A stretch of DNA of 63,051 bases, the filler included, from Chiloscyllium plagiosum (lineage: Eukaryota): NCBI RefSeq assembly GCF_004010195.1. It is 4 parts of one record of this genome, joined end to end, with 100 filler letters (N's around TTAATTAATTAA, not from the genome) between each part and the next. Parts side by side here need not be neighbours in the genome. Positions count along the whole stretch, not along the records: positions 1 to 20,651 come from NC_057714.1; 3 more parts are not named here. The stretch is one strand, 5' to 3'. Shown here piece after piece: positions 1 to 12,821 of this stretch. The translations under genes and the position numbers were made by a program. The notes under the pieces are model-generated. The model was not told where the DNA came from, made no database searches, and saw only the letters and a list, made by a program, of their open reading frames with translations. Each line of letters starts with the position of its first letter. Position 1 is the first letter of the stretch.

Positions 1-210
1 TCTACACATTCCTGAACATTATGGGCAATTTAGCATGGCCAATTCACCTGACCTGCACATCTTTGGACTGTGGGAGGAAAAGGAGCACCAAGAGGAAACC
101 CACACAGACACGGGGAGAATGTGCAAACTCCACACACTTGCCCGAGTCGGGAATCGAACCCGGGTCCCTGGCGCTGGGAGGCACCAGTGCTAACCACTGA
201 GCCACCGTGC
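1..210 (-). mobile_element. HE1-type V-SINE (cut by the window edge)
   Basis: Same head and central domain as 11537-11855. Further copies lie at about 1220-1483(-), 7910-8183(-), 9012-9290(-), 26155-26365(+), 26636-26940(-) and 51290-51547(-). Confidence 0.85.
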
Positions 211-2819
211 CACATATAGAGACATGTGGAGTTTGACCACAGATCAGCCATGATTTCATTGAATCCACTGTTTGAACCATTCACTTAACTGATTAATACC
301 TCTCTGTAACTTTAGCTGCCGTCTACGTTGCTTAGAATTTTGCCATCATGACATCGTTAAGTTTGCCATTTGCAGGAGAGAGTTCCAAACAGCTGCCATC
401 CTCTGTGTGGGAAAATGTTTCCAAACTTTTCTCCTGGAAGTTTTGACTCTATGTTTCCAGCGTAGGCCCACCTCCCTCCTCAACATGATCTGATTGGTGA
501 GTGAAGCTCGCAAATAGATGTGGTGTTGTTGTCGGTTAGTAATTTGGAGGTTTGGGTGACATTGGTTCAAATTCCCCTGTAGCAGATTTTGCAATTTGAA
601 TCCATTAAAACCACTGGTTGAACTGTAACCATTTAATTTACGACTGATAGTTGTGAAAATCTGTCCAGTTCACTAATGTCCTTTCAGGTGAAGGAAATCT
701 GCAGCTCAGGGTAAGAGTTGCACCAGACTCAAACTGTTAACTCGGTCTCTCTCTCTCTCCACAGATGCTGCAAAACCTGCTGAGTTTCTCCAGCATTTCT
801 TTTCTGTTTGTTTCAGATTTCCAGGGCCTGTTCCTGGGCTGTAACTTTTCTTTGTTTTTTGTTCTTCTTTCCTTAGAGCAGGGGAGACTGAGAGGGAATG
901 CAATTGAGATGTATGAAATGATGAGGGGCTTATGGATAGTTAGGCAGGAAGAAACATTGCCCTTTGGTAGTGTGATCAATGGCTGGGGGACGCATAGATT
1001 TAAGGGCAGGGGCAGAAGGTTTATACGGGATGTAAGGATACTTTTGTTTTAAAGGGTGGTACAGGCGGAAACTCTCACAGCGTTTAGTAACTGTTTCGAT
1101 GTGCACTTGTGATGTAGGCCAAGTGTTGGCAAATGGGATTGGAATGATCAGCTGGTTGTTTTAGACACTCCACAGACCAAGGGCCTTTCCCTCTGTGTTC
1201 TTGATCCTTTTTTAAGAAACCCTACAGTGTGGAAATAGGCCCTTCGGCCCAACAAGTTCACACTGACCTTCCAAAGAGCAACAGACCTATTTACTCCGAC
1301 TAATGCAACTAACCTACATCTCCCTGAACACTATGAGCAATTTAGCACGGCCAATTCACCTAACCTCCACATCTCTGTGACACAGGGAGAATGTACAAAC
1401 TCCACACAGACAGTAACCCGAGGCTGGAATCGAACCTGGGTCCCTGGCGCTGTGAGGCAGCAGTGCTAACCGCTGAGCCACCATCTCAATGAATTTATGA
1501 CACCAATCCCAGCTCCTACACTCTTTCCATGTTTGGTGATAGTACTGATGTCACAGTTTGGTATTAGTGCATGGCATCTAATTGATATTGTCCCCATGTG
1601 ATCCAGGCTCAAATCCATGGAAGGAGACCACATGTGAATCCATTGATGTTTTTTCTCAACCCTCTTCCCACTGGGTCTCTGCAGACGCCTGTATAAGATG
1701 CTCGTATTAGTTTGTAATTAATTAAAACTCAAATAGAGACTGAGAGTCTACCTGGTCACTGGTCAATAAAAGTTTTATTAGGCAACGCAATCGAACCACG
1801 GCAACTATCTTCAGCGTGGAGCATATAGGGGATAAACAATCTCGGAAATTATTTACACAGTTCTGCAGAATTGATTATTAAAACATACAGGGCTGAAGGC
1901 TGTCCCTAACAGACAAATCCTAGACCGGAGATTTTGAGATTGCCAGGATTACAGCACAGTATCAAGTCTTGTCTTGTGTAGTTTTATTGATTCATCATGA
2001 ACAGCTTTTGCCCGAAACGTCAATTGTCCTGCTCCTCAGATGCTGCCAGACCTGCTGTGCTTTTCCAGCACCTCTCTACTCTAGACTTGTGTAGTTTTAT
2101 ACCCAGATCATGAGTTTGGGTTCCAAGCAGGAATGATTGGGGAAGGCAAGATTGGGAAATGTCTTACATCTTGGAATTCTTAATAATGTTGTCTGTGACA
2201 TATTAGACTATATACTGCAATGCATGGTGTCCAGCGATACACCAGGCTTTGTTCTTAATGTTACAATATTGATATACTTTTCCATTAGCTGCACTGTTTG
2301 CTGTTAATCTTTCTACTCCACATGCTTCTGAGCACATGTTCCTATCTCTCATTCATGCTCTAACTAACTTGCTATTTCCAAACTCTATTTTATCTTATCT
2401 CACTCTGACTTCACTGACACTGCGCTATTTATACCCAATGAGCAGCAGCTCCAACACATCATCACAAGGTTGCTCCAGGGTCCTAAGCCCGTACACGAAT
2501 AACAACATTAGTGTTGGCTTCTCTTCAGTTTACTCCCTTCCTGTGTTTATCTTCTCCACATCATTGTCTTTCCCTGTTTTCTCCCTCTGTGGTTTTGGTC
2601 AAGGAATTTCCTATCTGGGATGGATGTGTCACAGGAAACATAAGAGATGCACACTCGCACGCTGGAATGAGTTTGTGTGCGTCACAGGAGACTCAAGAGG
2701 CAATCGCTCTCAAGTGACAATCAGGTCTTAGAGTTTATTACCTCAGCTTCTGAACCAAACTTGACAGGACCAGGTGAAAAAACCCAACTCTGCCGTGTCT
2801 TTTATTGGGGCAAAGCGGT

Positions 2820-3058
2820 AGTGTTTCACGAGATGTTAAACTGAGGCACCATTTGTCCCATCAGGTGAACATAGGTGTTCTACAGAAGAGAAACAGGGCA
2901 GTTTCCCTGATGGCCTGACTAATATTTATCCCTTAATCAGCATCATTAAAGACAGATGATTGTCACATTGACATTGCTGTTTCTGGGAGTAGGCTGTATG
3001 CACATTGGCTGCCTGGTTTCCCACATTATAGTTCAGATGTATTTCACAGAGTCATTCA
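2820..3058 (+). mobile_element. Deu-domain SINE relic (SacSINE1/AmnSINE1-like)
   Basis: Matches the recalled Deu-domain order: gagatgttaaactgagg...caggtg...aatatttatccc...cacattgctgtttctgggag...ttggctgcc...tttcccacatta. More decayed copies lie at about 15985-16100 and 30450-30760. Confidence 0.7.
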
Positions 3059-3353
3059 GCAGGGAAACAGCCAGTCTGTGCTGAACACAATCCCAAACTA
3101 AACTAGCCCCACCTGCCTGCCCATATCCCTCCAAGCCTTTCATATTCATCAATGTAGCCAAATGTCTTTTAAACGTTGTAACTGTACCTGCATCCACCAC
3201 TTCCTCTGACAGTTCATTCCACACATGAACTACTGTGTAAAAAAAATTGCTCCCACATCCTTACTCCTTTTACCTTAAAAATATGCCCTGTGGTTTTGGA
3301 CTCCCCCACCCCCAGCGAAAAGACCCTACCTATTCACCTTATGTATGCCCCTC

Positions 3354-4220
3354 ATAGAGATGTACAGCACGGAAACAGACCCTTCAGTCCAACCAGTCCA
3401 TGCTGACCAGATATCCCAACCCAATCTAGTCCCACCTCCCAGCACCCGGCCATATCCCTCTCAATCCTTCCTATTCATATACCCATCCAAATGCCTCTTA
3501 AATNNNNNNNNNNNNNNNNNNNNNNNNNNNNNNNNNNNNNNNNNNNNNNNNNNNNNNNNNNNNNNNNNNNNNNNNNNNNNNNNNNNNNNNNNNNNNNNNN
3601 NNNNNNNNNNNNNNNNNNNNNNNNNNNNNNNNNNNNNNNNNNNNNNNNNNNNNNNNNNNNNNNNNNNNNNNNNNNNNNNNNNNNNNNNNNNNNNNNNNNN
3701 NNNNNNNNNNNNNNNNNNNNNNNNNNNNNNNNNNNNNNNNNNNNNNNNNNNNNNNNNNNNNNNNNNNNNNNNNNNNNNNNNNNNNNNNNNNNNNNNNNNN
3801 NNNNNNNNNNNNNNNNNNNNNNNNNNNNNNNNNNNNNNNNNNNNNNNNNNNNNNNNNNNNNNNNNNNNNNNNNNAAATGTTGTAATTGTACCAGCCTCCA
3901 CCACTTCCTCTGGCAGCTCATTCCATACACATACCACCCTCTGTGTGAAAAAGTTGCCCCTTAGGTCTCTTTTATATCTTTCCCCTCTCACCCTAAACCT
4001 ATGCCCTCTAGTTCTGGACTCCCCAACCCCAGGGAAAAGACTTTGCCTTTTTACCCTATCCATGCCCTTCATAATTTTATAAACCTCTATAAGGTCACCC
4101 CTTAACCTCCTACACTGCAGGGAAAAACATCCCAGCCTATCCAGCCTGTTTTTATAACTCAAAGCCTCCATTCCCGGCAACATTCTGGTGAATCTTTTCT
4201 GAACCCTCTCCAGCTTAGTA
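3354..4220 (-). mobile_element. CR1/HER1-like LINE 3' fragment (spans an N-gap)
   Basis: RT C-terminal translation LGCFSLQCRRLRGDLIEVYKIMKG...RTRGH...FFTQRVV..WNELP, followed by the 3' UTR. An older copy is adjacent at about 3060-3350. Confidence 0.9.
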
Positions 4221-4589
4221 CCTCACCTGCAAGATCTGTGATTCAAAACACTCCGAATCAAACCAACTGGATTTGTGTCATCCCAACACATCCACCATCA
4301 GGACTTTGGCCAGTGTGTCAATTCCCAGACAATCCCAGGTCACTTTTCAACTCTGACCTGCAGCATCTGCTGTCCTCGCATTTTCCTGTAAAAGGCGATC
4401 CTGATTTGCTAAAATCATTACAGATTTGCAAACTCCCTCATTCTTTTTCTGACGTGACAGGTGAGATGACTAATGATTTAAAGAGGATTTAAAATAAAGA
4501 TGGTGTGTTTTATAAACTGAACAATCATGAAGAGGATAAAGCCCTGTGGTGCAAATGAATGGGACCATATATTTACAAGAACCTAGATT

Positions 4590-5160
4590 TTGATTTAATT
4601 TGTTATCGTCACACATACCTGGGTACAGTGGAAAGTTTTGTTCTGCGCGCAGTACAGGTAGATCATACCATACAAACTGCATCAGGGTAATAAAGCAGAG
4701 TGAAGAATACATAGATACAGCCGCAGAGAAGGTGCACAAACAGCGAGGTCAACATTTGATTTGAAATTGGAGAGGTCCATCCAGACGTCTGAAGCTGTTC
4801 TTGAATCTGTTGGTACATACATTTAAGATTCTGTATCTTCTGCCCGTTGGATGGGGTTGGAGGTGATTGTAACCGCGGTGGGAGGGGTCTTTGATGATGT
4901 TGGCTGTTTTCCCGAGGCAGTGGGAAGTGTAGGTGGAGTCAGTGGATGGAAGGTTGGTTTTGTGTGATGGACAGGGCTGTGTCCACAACTCTCTGTAATC
5001 TCTTGTGGTCTTGAGCAGAGCAGTTGCTGTACCAAGCTGCGATGCATCCAGTCAGGATGCTTTCTGTAGGACACTTATAAAAATTGGGAAGAGTCATTGT
5101 GGACATGCCGAATTTCCTTGGCCTCCCGAGGATGTAGAGGCGCTGGTGTGATTTCTTGAC
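4590..5160 (-). mobile_element. Rex1/Babar-like LINE 3' fragment
   Basis: FYKC..ESILTGCIAAWYSNC...LQRVV..A..I and IIKDPSH...P.GRRYR motifs. Confidence 0.82.
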
Positions 5161-5454
5161 GGATGCCACCACCTCCCAAGCCCATGGTTTCCAGCATCTA
5201 AAAGAGCAGGACATATGGGTACATGCTCACACAGTCACCTCCATTTTCCTGTATGTACCAACGCAGGCACAGATCAAACCACCACCTCATGGTCTCTGGG
5301 TCAAAATCCAGGAAGGACGTCCATAATTCCCCTGAGGGTATACCGACAGCACATGGAATGCAGCAACTCAATTTTAGATAGAAATAGGAAACTGGGAGCA
5401 GAAGTCGGTCATTTCGCCCATTGAGCCTCTCCACCATTCAATATGTTCATGTTT

Positions 5455-5917
5455 TACAAGGATGTTGCCAGAGTTGGAGGGTTTGAGCTACAGGGCGAGG
5501 CTGAACAGGCTGGGGCTGTTTTCTCTGGAGCGTAGGAGGCTGAAAGGTAACCTTATAGATGTTTATAAAATCATGAGGGGCATGGATAGGGTAAACAGAC
5601 AAGGTTGTTTCCCCGGGTTGAGGGAGTCCAGAACTAGAGGGTATAGGTTTAAGGTGAGGGAGAAAGATTTAAAAGGGACCGAAGGGGCACTTTTTCAGGC
5701 AGAGGGTGGTACATGTATGGAATGAGCGGCCAGAGGAAGTGATGGAGGTGGGTACAATTACAACATTTAAAAAGTATCTGGATGGGTATATGAAAAGGAA
5801 GGGTTTGGGGGGATATGGGCCGGGTGCTGGCAAATGGGACTAGATTAGGTTAGAATATCTGGTCGGCATGGATGAGTTGGACCAAAAGGTCCTTATCCGT
5901 GCTATACATCTCTATGA
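5455..5917 (+). mobile_element. CR1/HER1-like LINE 3' fragment
   Basis: LSYR.RLNRLGLFSLERRRL motif plus the family 3' UTR. Confidence 0.9.
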
Positions 5918-8900
5918 CGGTATGATCCTCTACCTCAGAATCACATTTCTGAAGGTGGTGCATCAACCCGGTCTCAAGGGACAATTTGGGATGGGAGGAA
6001 ATGGTAACACCACTGGGCTAGCAATCCAGAATGCCGGGTTAATGTTCTTCACTGAACGCATTTCGGGAAAACCATAATGGATATATTTCTAGAGGGCAGA
6101 GGTGCGGGGAGGGAGTGGGAGTGTGATTTTGAGGTCGAGGTCCCTTCAAACTCCTGGTGAATGACAGAGATTGCTCGATGGGCTGAATGGCCTACTCCTA
6201 TTTGTTTTGTTGGCCTTGGCCAGCCCGCCTACATCCAGAGACGGAGTTGCCAATAAAGAGACGAAGAAGTGAAAGAAATTGCGTGAAGGGGAAGGAGCGG
6301 ACAATCCAAACACAGCTCCAGTAATCCCAAAAATACAGACGTAACTGTATCTCATCAAAGATAGGTTGTAAATTCTATCTCAGCAGCAATATTGATAACG
6401 ATAAGCTCATGCTTGCTAGATTTGCTTTATAGCCCCAATACACTTGTACCAGAAATAGCTCTTTCTGAAATATTAGCTTGTTTTAAAAAAAATAGGGATG
6501 TGGCTGGCATCAGGACATTTGCTTCCCAAGGGAATTGAAAGCATTAACAAAACTTTGTGTGGCATGGACCTATACCCTGTGCAGTTTAGTAAAGTGAGGG
6601 ATGATCTTAAAGAAACACAAGTTTATTAGAGGGTTTCATGCTGAGAGAATCCCGCCAGTGATTGGAGACATGTGAGGACATGTGAGGAGTCAGCCATTTT
6701 GGACTGAGCTGAGGAGAATCTTCTTCACTCAGAGGGTTATGACATTCGAGGACTCCTTACTGGTTGAAGTCACAAGTAGCACAAAGAAAGCTTTTTTTTG
6801 TTGGACGCCAATACTTCAGCTCAGCGACTGTAGATGCTGGAGATCAGAGTCGAGAGTGGGGTGCTTGAAAAGCTCAGCGGGTCAGGCAGCATTCCGAGGA
6901 GCAGGAGAGTCGACGTTTCGGGCATAAGCTCTTCATCAGGAATTCCCGATTCCCCTGCTCCTCGGACGCTGCCTGACTTGCTGTGCTTTTCCAGCACCAC
7001 ATTCTCGATGCCAGTAATTCAGCCCCAGGATATTATTGCAGCAATTCTCAGGGTGGAGATTGTTAATGGCCCTGTTAATTATGTTGTGACCCATGTCAGG
7101 GGCAGGTGGGACTTGAACCTAGACATCCTGCCCCAGGGGTAGGCACACTATCACTGAGCCACGAGACCCCTAATTCCTCAGGGTAGTGTCGTGGGTGCAA
7201 TCATTTTCAACTGCTTTGTTCACTTTGATGTTGGCACTATGTTCAGCACCAGTCCTGATTCCTCAGATACTAACAGTCCATGTCCGCACACAACAAGACC
7301 TGGACAGCATCTGTGGAAGGGTCACTGGAACTGAAACATTAACTCTGGCTTCTCTTCACGGATGCTGTCAGACCTGCTGAGCTTTTCCAGCCAGTTTTGT
7401 TTTCTTTCTGAATTACAGCATCCACAGTTCTTTCGGTGGACAATATACAGACTTGGGATAGGTGATCTAAGCTGTGCGATTTCTGTAAATTTTAGCATAA
7501 CTTTATAAGTTCAGGTTTTGAGTTAGTGATGCATGGGTTTCCTGCTTGTCTGAAGTTAACAATGAAAATGTATGTCTTCCTGTAGCCATGGTGTTTGCTC
7601 CAAAACCAGTTTGCAAGAGCCTCTTTAACAGCCTATGTTTATGTTTATGATAGGATTTTAAAACCTCATAATGAACTGGTTGTACGGTGGGGTTTGGGGG
7701 TTTCGTTCCATCACCCCTTTGCCCTGTAAATTGCTGTTTCTTGTAAAGTGCTGTTCATGGTTAACTGTTTGTTTGCAACTTGTACTGTTTAATATAAACA
7801 GGGAAAGAAAAAACCTCACAACAGAGAGAATTGTATTTTAAGGTTTTGTGGACAGGGAGATGTTTTCCTTATGCTTAAGGGAAACACCCTTTAGCTGAGA
7901 ATCATAGAATCCCTATGGTGTGGAAGCAAGCCATTCAGCCCATATCTATTGTCCGAAGGCCATCCCACCCCTCTACCCTATAGGTCTGCATTTCTCATGG
8001 CTAGCCCAACTGGCCTACACACCCCTGGACACTATGGGCAATTTCCCATGGCCAATCCACCCTAACTTGCACTTGTGTACTGTGGGAGGACACGTGGAGA
8101 ACATGCAAACTCCACACACACAGAAGCTGGAATCAAACCCTGGTCCCTGGCGCTGTGAGGTAGCAGTGCTAACCACTAAGCCATCTGAGATGATGGGAGA
8201 GCAAGGGAAGGCGGGGACTGAGGTCAAACACTGATGTAGAGAGTGTCCCAGAGGCTGCCTTTCTAACCTGCACACCTCAGCCCTGCCTTGGCCACCAGAA
8301 ATCCCAGCATGCCCCTAAACACTGAGTGAATGAGCCTTCAGAAATCAGGAGCATGATTTCGGAAAACGGCCTGACTGACAGCTCCTCTCCCCAGTAGGCT
8401 GAAGAAATGAGTCATGTGTGGCTGGTCCTTGGACTCTCCATCATTTCAACATCCCAACTCCATCAGCTGCCGACACCCACCAGGTTTATGGAAGCCATGC
8501 TTGTCACCTCCCACCTTTAGCCGCGATCTGACAGCAGATAAGAGAGGTAAGAATGCGAGAACATTTAAGGAGTGCTGATTGCCATATAATGAGATTTTAA
8601 GATTGTCATACAAGGCCATCGTTAGGAAGAAAGCCAGTTATGTGGTAAAAGTTAAAAATCACATGACACCACGTTATAGTCCAACAGGTTTATTTGGAAG
8701 CACTAGCTTTCGGAGTGCCACTCCTTCAGCAAGTAGACAGCTACCTGATGAAAGCTAGTGTTTCCAAATAAACCTGCTGGAAAATAACCTGGTGTTGTGT
8801 GATTTTTAACTTTGTCCACCCCAATCCAACACAGCTATATGGTAAGGAGCGCGGATCTAAGAGAGATAAATACAGAGATAAAAAACAAGACAGTCATTAA

Positions 8901-9557
8901 AGGATTGGACGCAGAATACATTTCTTTAGAGAATGTTATGGATTACAAGAATTCAATGCCAAGGATTAATAAAGAGGTGAGGATACATTCAAATTTAAAG
9001 TAAATGTTTTCAATTAGATTCCCTACAGTGTGGAAACAGGCCCTTCAGCCCAAACCAACCCTCCAAAGAGTAACCCAGCCAGACACATTTCCCCTCTGCC
9101 TGATGCCCCTAACACTATGGGCCAATTTAGCATGGCCAATCCACCCGACCTGCACATCCTTGGACTGTGGGAGAAAACCCAGACAGACACGGGGAGAATG
9201 TGCAAACTCCACACAGACAGTCACCCGAGGCTGGAATCGAACCTGGGACTGTGAGGCAGCTGTGCTAACCACTGAGCCACCGTGCCGCCCACTATGCCTC
9301 CTACAATATTGTTGCACAGAGGGTACAAAATAGGCATGGGCCTTTCAACCTAACTCGAATCAAAACAGGTTTATACCCCACTGGGAGCTCCTCCCTCAGT
9401 ATCTTTCATTAATCCAATCAGTACATTATTCATAAGACTGTTAGAAATCAGAGCAGGAGTAGGCCATTCTGTAAGATCCCGACTGATCAGATTGTGGTCT
9501 CCACTTCACTTTCCTGCCTCTCCCCACCCCACCCCCATAACCCTTCACTTCCTTGTC

Positions 9558-10110
9558 ACAGAGTCATAGAGACGTACAGCACGGAAACAGACCCTTCGGT
9601 CCAACCCAACCCAGATACCCCAACCCAATCTAGTCCCACCTGTCAGCACCCGGCCCATATCCCTCTAAACCCTTCCTATTCACATACCCATCCAAATGCA
9701 TTTTAAATGTTGCAATTGTACCAGCCTCCACCACTTCCTCTGGCAGCTCATTCCATACACATACCACCCTCTGAGTGAAAAAGTTGCCTCTTAGGTCTCT
9801 TTTATATCTTTCCCCTCTTACCCTAAACCTATGCCCTCTAGTTCTGGACTCCCCCACCCCAGGGAAATTATTTTGCCTAGTTACCCTATCCATGCCTCTC
9901 ATGATTTTATAAACCTCTATAAGGTCACCCCTCAGCCTCTGACACTCCAGGGAAAACAGCCCCAGCCTGTTCAGCCTCTCCCTGTAGCTCAAATCCTCCA
10001 ACCCATGCAACGTCCTTCTAGATCTTTTCTGAACCCTTTCAAGTTTCACAACATCTTTCCGATAGGAAGGAGACTGGAGTTGCATGCGATATTCCAACAG
10101 TGGCCGAACC
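9558..10110 (-). mobile_element. CR1/HER1-like LINE 3' fragment
   Basis: ORF 9630-10121 is the CR1 RT C-terminus. Similar fragments lie at about 21068-22130(-), 28320-28713(+), 29650-30120(+), 38030-38700(-), 42070-42650(-), 42655-42905(+), 44270-44660(+), 44706-45105(-) and 54850-55495(+). Confidence 0.9.
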
Positions 10111-10329
10111 ACATTAAACATCGAACTGACTTGAATATATGCTCAGACCCAACCCCAGCCCCCATCACCGATGAGGTTTCCTGATCTGACTGAGTCCCAT
10201 TTGCATGCATTTGGTCCATACCCATTTCCTATCCATGTAGCTGTTCACACGTCTTTTACTGGATGGAGCTTAGTGTAGCTCAAGCATTAACGCTTGCAGC
10301 ACCATTATATTTACTCACAGAGCCACTGA

Positions 10330-10690
10330 GCGATCATTTGTAATCCAGAGGCCCTGGCTAATTTTTTAGGAACAGCTGTTCAAATCTCTCCAGACAGAAT
10401 TTAGATGAAATGAATAAAAATCTTGACTGTTTTAAAGCTGACCTACATATTAGTGACTCGGACTAATGTCGATTGATGCTTAAAATTCCATGTGGTTCAC
10501 TAATGTCCTTTCGGGAAGGACATCCTCATTTGGTTTGGCCTACATGTGATTCCAGACACACAGCAACGGGGCTGACTCTTAACTGACCCTCTGAAAAGGC
10601 CTGAGCAAATCACTCAGTTGAAGGGCAATTAGGGATGGGCAATAAATGCTGGAATTGCCAACAATGCCCACACACCATCACGGAACACAG
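10330..10690 (+). mobile_element. Older tRNA-derived SINE family with 3' end gggcaattagggatgggcaataaatgctgg
   Basis: Shared core ggttcactaatgtccttt.gggaagga...ggcctacatgtgactccagac and shared 3' end. Other copies lie at about 520-700, 16355-16930(-), 22950-23590, 30775-31470, 40250-40555, 41040-41530 and 51545-51700. Confidence 0.7.
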
Positions 10691-10965
10691 GTGAAAAAGT
10701 ACCCAGCTCACCAACCCCTGACCTAATTGTGAATCCGGCCTACGCTGACAGGTTTTCAATCACCAGTCAGTGAACCAAGCCTTTAGTACAGGCCTCGACA
10801 AGTATACGTTACAATAAAAGACTTAACAGTTAGACACGTAAGTGGGCAGCACGGTGGCTCACAGTACTATGGACCTAGGTTCGATCCCAGCCTCTGCTGA
10901 CTATGTGGAGTTTGCACGTTCTGTCTGTGTGGGTCCCCTTTGGGGCTGTGGTTTCTCCCACAGCC

Positions 10966-12200
10966 CATAGTGTCCAAAGATGTGCAGGTTAGGGTGGATT
11001 GGCCATGGGAAATTGCTCATAGTGTCCAAAGATGTGCAGGTTAGGGTAGATTAGCCATGGGAAATTGCCCATAGTGTCCAGGGATGTGCAGGTTAGGGTA
11101 GATTAGCCATGGGAAATTGCTCATAGTGTCCAAAGATGTGCAGGTTAGGGTGGATTAGCCATGGGAAATTGCTCATAGTATCCAGGGATGTGCAGGTTAG
11201 GTGGATTGGCTATGGGAAATTGCTCATAGTGTCCAGGGATGTGTAGGTTAGGGTGGATTGGCTATGGGAAATTGCCCATAGTGTCCAGGGATGTGCAGGT
11301 TAGGGTGGATTAGCCATCGGAAATTGCTCATAGTGTCCAGGGATGTGTAGGTTAGGGTGGATTGGCTATGGGAATTGCTCATAGTGTCCAGGGATGTGCA
11401 GGTCCAGCAACACATTTTCAGCTCTGATCTCCAGCATCTGCAGTCCTCACTTTCTCCATGGAAAATTGCCCGTAGTGTTCAGAGATGTGCAGGTTAGGGT
11501 GGATTGACCATGGGAAATTGCTCATAGTGTCCAGAGATTAGATTAGATTACATTACATTACAGTGTGGAAACAGGCTTTTCGACCCAACAAGTCCACACC
11601 GACCCGCCGAAGCTCAACCCACCCATACCCCTACATTTACCCCTTACCTAACACTACGGGCAATTTAGCATGGCCAATTCACCTGACCTGCACATCTTTG
11701 GACTGTGGAAGGAAACCGGAGCACCCGTAGGAAACCCACGCAGACACGGGGAGAACGTGCAAACTCCACACAGTCAGTCGCCTGAGGTGGGAATTGAACC
11801 CGGGTCTCTGGCGCTGTGAGGCAACAGAGCTAACCACTGTGCCACCGTGCCGCCCATGATGTGCAGGTTAGGGTAGATTAGCCATGGGAAATTGCCCACA
11901 GTGTCCAAGGATGTGCAGGTTAGGGAGACTGGCCATGGGAAATTGCTCATAGTGTCCAGGGATGTGCAGGTTAGGGTAGATTAGCCAAGGGGAATTGCCC
12001 ACGGTGTCCAAGGATGTGCAGGTTAGGGTGGATTGGCCATGGGAAATTGCTCATAGTGTCCAGGGATGTGCAGGTTCGGTGGATTGGCCATAGGAAATTG
12101 CCCATAATGTCCAGGGATGTGCAGGTTAGGTTGGATTGGCCATGGGAAATTACTCATAGTGTCCAGGGATGTGCAGGTTAGGGTAGATTAGCCATGGGGA
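10966..12200 (+). repeat. 52-bp tandem array derived from the interior of an HE1 SINE (about 16 units)
   Basis: Unit catagtgtccaaagatgtgcaggttagggtggattggccatgggaaattgct, lying between the SINE head (about 10843) and the SINE tail (about 12200-12310). Confidence 0.92.
11537..11855 (-). mobile_element. HE1-type V-SINE, full length and young
   Basis: tRNA-like head gggcggcacggtggcacagtggttagc with A/B boxes, central tgtgtggagtttgcacgttctccccgtgtctgcgtgggtttcc domain, and a 3' end with (tctaa)n tail resembling the LINE 3' ends in this window. Confidence 0.88.
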
Positions 12201-12821
12201 AATGCTGGGATAGGGTAATGGAGTGGGTCTGGATGCGATGCTCTTTGAAAAGGTCAGTGTGGACTTGAGGGGCTGAATGGCCTATTTCCATTCTGTAGGG
12301 ATTCTATTTCTTTTTGATGTANNNNNNNNNNNNNNNNNNNNNNNNNNNNNNNNNNNNNNNNNNNNNNNNNNNNNNNNNNNNNNNNNNNNNNNNNNNNNNN
12401 NNNNNNNNNNNNNNNNNNNNNNNNNNNNNNNNNNNNNNNNNNNNNNNNNNNNNNNNNNNNNNNNNNNNNNNNNNNNNNNNNNNNNNNNNNNNNNNNNNNN
12501 NNNNNNNNNNNNNNNNNNNNNNNNNNNNNNNNNNNNNNNNNNNNNNNNNNNNNNNNNNNNNNNNNNNNNNNNNNNNNNNNNNNNNNNNNNNNNNNNNNNN
12601 NNNNNNNNNNNNNNNNNNNNNNNNNNNNNNNNNNNNNNNNNNNNNNNNNNNNNNNNNNNNNNNNNNNNNNNNNNNNNNNNNNNNNNNNNNNNNNNNNNNN
12701 NNNNNNNNNNNNNNNNNNNNNNNNNNNNNNNNNNNNNNNNNNNNNNNNNNNNNNNNNNNNNNNNNNNNNNNNNNNNNNNNNNNNNNNNNNNNNNNNNNNN
12801 NNNNNNNNNNNNNNNNNNNNN

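Noticed and set aside
1500..2760. Possible LTR or other element in the unassigned region
   Set aside because: I could not establish paired LTRs, termini, a primer-binding site or coding motifs.
3345..4183. ORFs spanning N runs (also at 12.3, 36.0, 43.5 and 62.4 kb)
   Set aside because: Their length comes from untranslatable Ns.
6224..8546. Other exon-like unique patches on + (about 6224-6340 and 8398-8546; also about 41714-41870 and 45380-45510)
   Set aside because: They have in-frame stops or weak splice sites and no recognisable protein similarity; they cannot be supported without RNA-seq.
10966..12200. Possible CRISPR-like array
   Set aside because: The units are contiguous with no unique spacers, derive from a SINE, and sit in vertebrate DNA without cas genes.
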